Shown piece by piece: positions 61,001 to 64,000 of a stretch of 64,000 nucleotides of DNA. A program made the translations under genes and the position numbers. Positions within the stretch are counted from its first letter, which is position 1, and every line of letters starts with the position of its first letter. The DNA is from Malacoraja senta (Eukaryota). The notes under the pieces are model-generated. The model was given only the letters and a program-made list of their open reading frames with translations. It did not search any database and was not told the origin of the DNA. The DNA is taken from the NCBI GenBank assembly GCA_038087875.1, contig CM075987.1, positions 28,088,001-28,152,000 of the forward strand. The letters are read 5' to 3'.

Positions 61001-63010
61001 GCCAACCTGCTATCCATGCTATTATCTGCCCTTTGATACCGTGGGCTCTCATCTTCCTACGCAGCCTAATGTGCGGCACCTTATCAAAGGCTTTCTAAAA
61101 ATCTAAGTAAAATCTACTTTGTCTGTCCTGCTATTTACTTCTTCAAAGAATTCCAGCAAATTTGTCAAGCAAGACCTCCCCTTCACAAAGCCATGCTGAC
61201 TTCAGCCTATTTTATTGTGAACTTCTAAGTACTCCATAACCTTATCCTTTATAATGGACTTTAAATTTTACCAACCATCGAAGTCAGACTAACAGGCCTA
61301 TAGTTCCCACTAATCTGCTTTGCTCCCTTCTTGTGCAGCGGGGTAATTTTGGCAATTTTCCAATCATCTGGATCCATTCCTGACTCTAGTGATTCCTGTA
61401 ATATCACTGTCAATGCCTCCACAATCTCTAAAGCCACCTCTTTCAGAACCCCAGGGTGCAGTCCATCTTGTCCAGGTGACTTATCCACCTTCAGCCCTTT
61501 CAGCTTCCCAAGCACCTTCTCCCTGGTAATAGCCACTCCACTAACTTCTACCCCCTGACTCGCTTGAATTTCAGGCACGTTGCAGGTGTCTTCCACTGTG
61601 AAGACTGATGCAAAAAAGTTATTCAACTCCTCTCTCATTTTTTTATTCCCCATTATCACTTCTCCTGCATCATACTCCAGCGGTCCAACGTCCACTCTTG
61701 CCTCTTTCTTGCTCTTTATATAACTGAAGAGACTCTTGCTATCCTCTTTTATATTATTGGCTAGCTTACCTTTGTATTTCATCTTTTCTCCCCATGTTTT
61801 CTTTTTAGTAACCCTCTCTTATTCTTTAAAAACATCCCAATCCTCTGGCTTCCACACCCCTCTGCCCACCTTCCTGTCATTCCAATATAATGTATAACGC
61901 TGAATATTTAGCTCCAGGCTCCGATCCTCTTGCAGCCAAGTCTCTGTAATTCCACAACATCATACCTACCAATCTCTAACTGTGCTACACGCTCATCCAC
62001 TTTGTTTCTTATACTACGCGCATTCAAATACAACACCTTTAATTCGGTATTCACCTCCCTTCTCACACTGGTCCCGATTTTACCCGACCTTACTCTCTTA
62101 CCCCTGATTGAACTTTCTGTCACATTAATTTGGGAGACTTCTGTAACATTTCCTGCACTCTCTTCCCCTTTAACTCCATCCTTACACTTCCAATTCACTG
62201 ACCCCCCCCACCCATTATTTAGTTTAAAGTTCTATCTACTGCCTTAGTTATACGGATTGCCACCAGTCTGGTTCTGGTCAGGTTCAAGTGGAATCCACCC
62301 TGTCCATGTAATATAACATAATATGACTTTATAACACATTGGATCTATAATCTTTTGGCAATATTGTAACTGCTGTCTTCCCAACCCACCTTTATCCATT
62401 ATATTTTGTGATTCACACACATTTATTTCCACCTGTTGCCAAAAGAGCAGCAATCACAAGGATGCGGAATTTCAGACTTCTCAAAGAAAGAGCAAGATAA
62501 TGAAATAGGAAAGGGAAAGTTGAATACAAGAATAAACTAAAGAATAGAAAGACAGACTATAAAAGCTTCCAGAGATATGTAAAGGAAAACAATAACAATA
62601 GTTATTGTGGACTATTTAGGTATATTTCTTGAAGATGATGTGGAAAATTTATTGGTAATTGGAATAATGAATGGATCTTCAAAATATGAGGAGCTCATAG
62701 ACATTGCGATTAGCACAAAATTAGTATTGGATAAATTAATGGTACTGCAAGGCAATACAGTATAACCGCAAGACCCTTTGACCTTCCATCCAAAGATTGG
62801 AAAGAGGTGGCTGTGGAGACACTACCAGAGATCAGAACTGAACCTGGGTGAAGCCATGTTGCTCCAATTTATTTACACTCATCATTTTTGTTTCCAGGTT
62901 TAGATTCTGTAGCGAGAATGCTGGCAATATTTGTTGCAGTAACTATTGTTTCTCCTTTCTAACAGTTTATTTGCAAGTAGTAGGATATGTGCTAACTATC
63001 AACCTTTACA
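4002..63010 (+). CDS. Multi-exon gene (probably partial at both ends) built of symmetric phase-2 short exons/microexons; Ser-Pro-rich low-complexity protein of unknown identity
   Basis: About 18-20 AG/GT-bounded segments, most with pyrimidine tracts. All but the last candidate are multiples of 3, read 1 nt + codons + 2 nt, and are stop-free when joined. Several are mutual paralogs. Confidence 0.8.
4655..4860. mobile_element. tRNA-derived SINE head interrupted by a Penelope-like terminal-repeat fragment with a 16-bp duplication (ctgctgtttaacagtg at 4681-4696 and 4840-4855)
   Basis: Direct repeat seen; the insert matches the AGACACAAAA..GGAGTAACTCAGC family found elsewhere in the window. Confidence 0.55.
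5873..6693 (-). mobile_element. Non-autonomous Helitron
   Basis: On the minus strand: A|TCTATATAACT...GGGACCC-AAC-GGGTCCC hairpin (5884-5900)...CTAG|T. No TSD. Internal 30-bp and ~40-bp tandem repeats. Confidence 0.75.
7066..7131 (+). CDS. Candidate exon, 66 nt, phase 2-2: SNDEIAFFSGGSLTGPRKRTN (3' boundary uncertain; alternative donor after 7162)
   Basis: Strong acceptor ttttatttctgtcttctttag. The donor GG|gtgaag is weak; the stronger AT|gtaagc after 7162 gives 97 nt. Confidence 0.45.
8520..9870 (+). mobile_element. CR1 LINE 3' fragment split by a hAT element
   Basis: ILVWIEDWLNGRRQRV...YINDLD...KFADD, resuming after 9478. Confidence 0.85.
8790..9477. mobile_element. Non-autonomous hAT (Charlie-like) DNA transposon
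   Basis: Perfect 16-bp TIR CAGTGCTTCTTAAACT; 8-bp TSD gtgtagag/gtgcagag; subterminal GGGTGAATG repeats. Confidence 0.85.
9969..10046 (+). CDS. Exon A1, 78 nt (or 69 nt from 9978): FCSSVPIDDTMYSDTDGATDYRQIY
   Basis: ctatttag|A...AG|gtcagt; paralog of A2 and A3. Confidence 0.75.
11567..12723 (-). mobile_element. CR1 LINE, truncated and internally deleted
   Basis: KSSGPDGLHPRVLKE, NYRPV and GFMKGKSCLTNLLEFFE motifs; CR1 3' UTR and tail. Confidence 0.9.
12823..12891 (+). CDS. Exon A2, 69 nt: SGPRDEYPFEEKDNGDTSTTMH
   Basis: ttttcatcttttag|T...AG|gtcagg; GP..E..F...DN pattern shared with A3. Confidence 0.75.
15122..15202 (+). CDS. Exon B1, 81 nt: SGEQPWPDQEYYRQRHNIDSRKENRS
   Basis: aatatag|G...CA|gtaagt; paralog of B2. 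Confidence 0.8.
15696..20147 (-). mobile_element. Near full-length CR1 LINE: ORF1 (CxxC zinc finger + SGNH esterase, 19754-18823) and ORF2 (APE endonuclease + RT, 18808 to ~15900), both frameshifted
   Basis: CDAC/CDKC; GDSIVR, GTND and DGLH esterase motifs; LNARS, MGDFN and SDH endonuclease motifs; GVPQGSVLGP and FADD RT motifs; (CTATGTTT)n tail. Confidence 0.95.
19815..19870. repeat. 15-bp tandem repeat (gccaaagactctcga, ~3.7 copies) in the CR1 5' UTR
   Basis: Seen directly. Confidence 0.9.
20260..20325 (+). CDS. Exon C1, 66 nt: SPSRNSRTFEPPDTSIKMYVS (alternative in-frame donor after 20313)
   Basis: ggaatatag|G...AG|gttaga. Confidence 0.7.
21567..22274 (+). repeat. ~700-bp duplicate of 15369-15695 + 20148-20524, containing exon C
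   Basis: Near-identical sequence; the first copy is split by the CR1. Confidence 0.95.
22013..22075 (+). CDS. Exon C1', 63 nt: SPRISRTFEPPDTSSKMHVS (duplicate of C1)
   Basis: ggaatatag|G...AG|gttaga; differs from C1 by an in-frame 3-nt indel plus substitutions. Confidence 0.7.
22275..23785 (-). mobile_element. CR1 LINE ORF2 fragment (endonuclease to start of RT), different subfamily
   Basis: YYRPPN, VGDFNFP, SSDHN, KSPGPD and NYRPVSLTS motifs in the 567-aa ORF. Confidence 0.9.
24920..24997 (+). CDS. Exon A3, 78 nt: AFTPGPPEEGVFGGQDNDSNGLPIC
   Basis: poly-T tract then ag|G...AG|gtcagt. Confidence 0.8.
25836..25856 (+). CDS. Microexon D, 21 nt: DVLSPS
   Basis: tttttctttttaactag|G...CA|gtaagt. 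Confidence 0.7.
26170..26475 (+). mobile_element. CR1 3' end with (CTATTGT)n tail
   Basis: FSQRVVSLWNSLP motif, UTR and tail. Confidence 0.85.
28160..28477. mobile_element. Cluster of Penelope-like terminal-repeat fragments in both orientations
   Basis: Repeated GCTGGAGTAACTCAGC...GGTGACGTTTCGG units and their reverse complements. Confidence 0.55.
28478..28842 (-). mobile_element. CR1 3' end
   Basis: ESRTRGHSLRIKG motif and tail. Confidence 0.85.
29636..29719 (+). CDS. Exon B2, 84 nt: FPNRIWLDQDNCRQSYVIDTNTQDDRS
   Basis: aatgtag|A...CC|gtaagt; W.DQ...RQ...ID...RS shared with B1, and downstream intronic taatcagtcaga also shared. Confidence 0.8.
31240..31302 (+). pseudogene. Exon C2, a diverged C-type copy (SLQKRRNIEQHEASSNRNTP) with the original acceptor lost; possible in-frame 45-nt use from 31258
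   Basis: ttttggaata|atca versus ggaatatag|gtct in C1; ends CCCAG|gtagta. Confidence 0.5.
32911..32934 (+). CDS. Microexon, 24 nt: TRQSPIL
   Basis: tttctttgctctgtttcag|A...CG|gtaagt. Confidence 0.75.
33690..33716 (+). CDS. Microexon F, 27 nt: LPPSSSPM
   Basis: gatttgcttcctcag|G...TC|gtgagt. Confidence 0.75.
36077..36406. mobile_element. Palindromic (MITE-like) element with ~70-bp inverted arms and a central short retroposon ending in (AAG)n on the minus strand; second copy at 39210-39539
   Basis: The arm ttttaccagaacaatataacaaccagaacacttga... recurs as its reverse complement; the insert is flanked by gtaagtaagt. Confidence 0.65.
36788..36814 (+). CDS. Microexon F', 27 nt, identical copy of F
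   Basis: Lies within the 3.1-kb tandem duplication and has the same splice sites. Confidence 0.7.
40027..42575 (-). mobile_element. 5'-truncated CR1 of the same young subfamily as 15696-20147
   Basis: 420-aa RT ORF nearly identical to the first copy; small internal deletions. Confidence 0.95.
43149..43181 (+). CDS. Microexon H1, 33 nt: IKREPSPLHD
   Basis: tttttattag|G...AC|gtaaga. Confidence 0.75.
44130..44165 (+). CDS. Microexon H2, 36 nt: VLRKPSPSMLD
   Basis: tttttattttag|G...AA|gtaagt; paralog of H1. Confidence 0.75.
45803..50934 (-). mobile_element. DIRS1-type tyrosine-recombinase retrotransposon; complete structure, ORFs disrupted
   Basis: gag-like region (~50696-49300); RT/RNase H 49099-47768 (YLDD, TDVS, INYLEL, VDNTTA); methyltransferase-like 47853-47416 (IDLFAS, YAFPPF); tyrosine recombinase ~47300-46320 (KSHSTRAAST, AAGW...F.KYY); ITRs and ICR present. 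Confidence 0.95.
46030..46140. repeat. DIRS internal complementary region (ICR)
   Basis: Reverse complement of the left terminus (45803-45881) joined to the reverse complement of the right terminus (~50898-50934). Confidence 0.9.
52341..53125. mobile_element. Non-autonomous PIF/Harbinger-like MITE
   Basis: TIR AGGGGCTGTCCCACTGA / AGGGCCTGTCCCCACTGA; 3-bp flanks tga/tta at a CR1 tca site; internal CT-rich and GT microsatellites. Confidence 0.7.
53791..53820 (+). CDS. Microexon, 30 nt: NMKESPSPD
   Basis: ttttgttttctcag|T...AT|gtaagt. Confidence 0.75.
54540..55800. mobile_element. Minus-strand CR1 3' fragment with a plus-strand CR1 3' end (~54905-55603) inserted into it
   Basis: VRPHLEYCVQFWSP on the + strand with a (CTATGTTT)n tail; minus-strand CR1 continues on both sides. 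Confidence 0.8.
56299..56325 (+). CDS. Microexon, 27 nt: MRASPSRR
   Basis: ttcttttgtgtctttag|G...AG|gtgagt. Confidence 0.75.
56960..57449 (+). mobile_element. Probable L1/Tx1-type LINE 3' UTR with AATAAA and A/(AAT)n tail
   Basis: T-rich UTR, aataaa, and an aaaaaaaaa(taa)n tail. Confidence 0.4.
58315..58359 (+). CDS. Exon, 45 nt: PTYGFSSDALPFST
   Basis: long T tract...gtgtag|T...TG|gtaagt. Confidence 0.7.
60065..62230 (-). mobile_element. CR1 LINE, fragmented (endonuclease start to 3' end)
   Basis: YLNARSIRNK, KSPGQDGLHP, NYRPVSLTS, FTDD and ESRTRGH motifs. Confidence 0.9.
62898..63010 (+). CDS. Candidate exon, 113 nt, phase 2-1: FRFCSENAGNICCSNYCFSFLTVYLQVVGYVLTINLY (Cys-rich plus hydrophobic segment)
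   Basis: tttttgtttccag|G...A|gtaagc; open in the phase-2 frame. Confidence 0.35.
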
Positions 63011-63259
63011 GTAAGCTATAACCATTTCTTAACCTTTTATGAGTCCTATTACTTTCTCAACATACAACAGTGAATTTAGGATTGGGCACAAGGTGAATTG
63101 GTAAAAAATGTACTTAGGTCTTGAAGCTTTCTCGATAGTACCAATTTCTAGGTTAAATTCTGATCATCTGGTTACGTATAACCTTTTGGAGATGTAGATT
63201 AGTAAATTAAATATATTATAGACAACAGTATTCAACCTAGAATTGAAATTGGCAGTGCA

Positions 63260-64000
63260 TCCATACACTTTCTAGGTTTCATAGAGCATAGAACAGAACA
63301 GCACAAGAACAGGTCCTTCGGCCCACAATGTCTGTGCTGAGCATGATGCCAAGACCAACTCTTATCTGCTTGCACATCATCCATATCCCTCCATTCAGTA
63401 CATATATAAATACCTAACAAAAAGTCTCTTAAATTCCCCTGTTGTATCTGCCTTAACCACCATCCCTAAAAGCCTGTTCCAGGCACCCACCACCTTCTGT
63501 GTGAAAAAAAACATGCTCCTCACATATTGTGGCCCATTTTGGCCCTTCTAAGCTCTCACGATTTATTTTCTCCTTTCTTTATATTCTTCAAAGGCCATGT
63601 CTAATTCCTTTCTCTTGTGTTTTTCTGTGCTTCTTTTTTCTTTTTAAGCAAATTTACAACCTGCTTGGTCATCCAAGGTTCCCTTACTTTGTCATCCTTA
63701 TCCCTCCTCCTTACTGGAATATGCCGGTTCTGAACTTCGATCAACTGGCCTTTAAACAACTCCCACGTCAGATGTGAACTTACCTAATAACAACTGCTCC
63801 AAGTGTACCCTCCCGAGCTCCTGCCTAATAACGTTGTAACTTGCATCACTCCAATTAGTACTTCCCCACAAGGTCCAACCTTCTCCTTATTCAAAACCAT
63901 CTTTAAACTTATGGAGTTATGATCAGTATCCCCATAATACCAGTCACCTGGCCAGGCTCATTTCCCTTCCAATATGTTCCCTTCTCGGGTTGGATTCTCC
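63260..64000 (-). mobile_element. Degenerate CR1 fragments
   Basis: CR1 3' UTR-like sequence and endonuclease-region similarity. Confidence 0.6.

Overview
This is eukaryotic, repeat-rich vertebrate DNA. The CR1 LINEs with (CTATGTTT)n/(CTATTGT)n tails and the abundant AGACACAAAATGCTGGAGTAACTCAGC repeats suggest a cartilaginous fish such as a skate or ray; this is an inference. Almost every long ORF in the track belongs to a transposon: a near full-length CR1 with zinc-finger/esterase ORF1 (15696-20147), many CR1 fragments, RTE and Rex1-type fragments, and a structurally complete DIRS1-type tyrosine-recombinase retrotransposon (45803-50934) nested in a hAT element inside a CR1. Non-coding hAT, Harbinger-like and Helitron elements are also present. 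The main hidden feature is invisible to the ORF track: a + strand gene built from about 18-20 short (21-84 nt) symmetric phase-2 exons spread over the whole window. Spliced together they give a stop-free, Ser/Pro-rich, probably disordered protein. The exon array has grown by repeated exon and module duplications of different ages. I could not identify the gene; no database searches were run.
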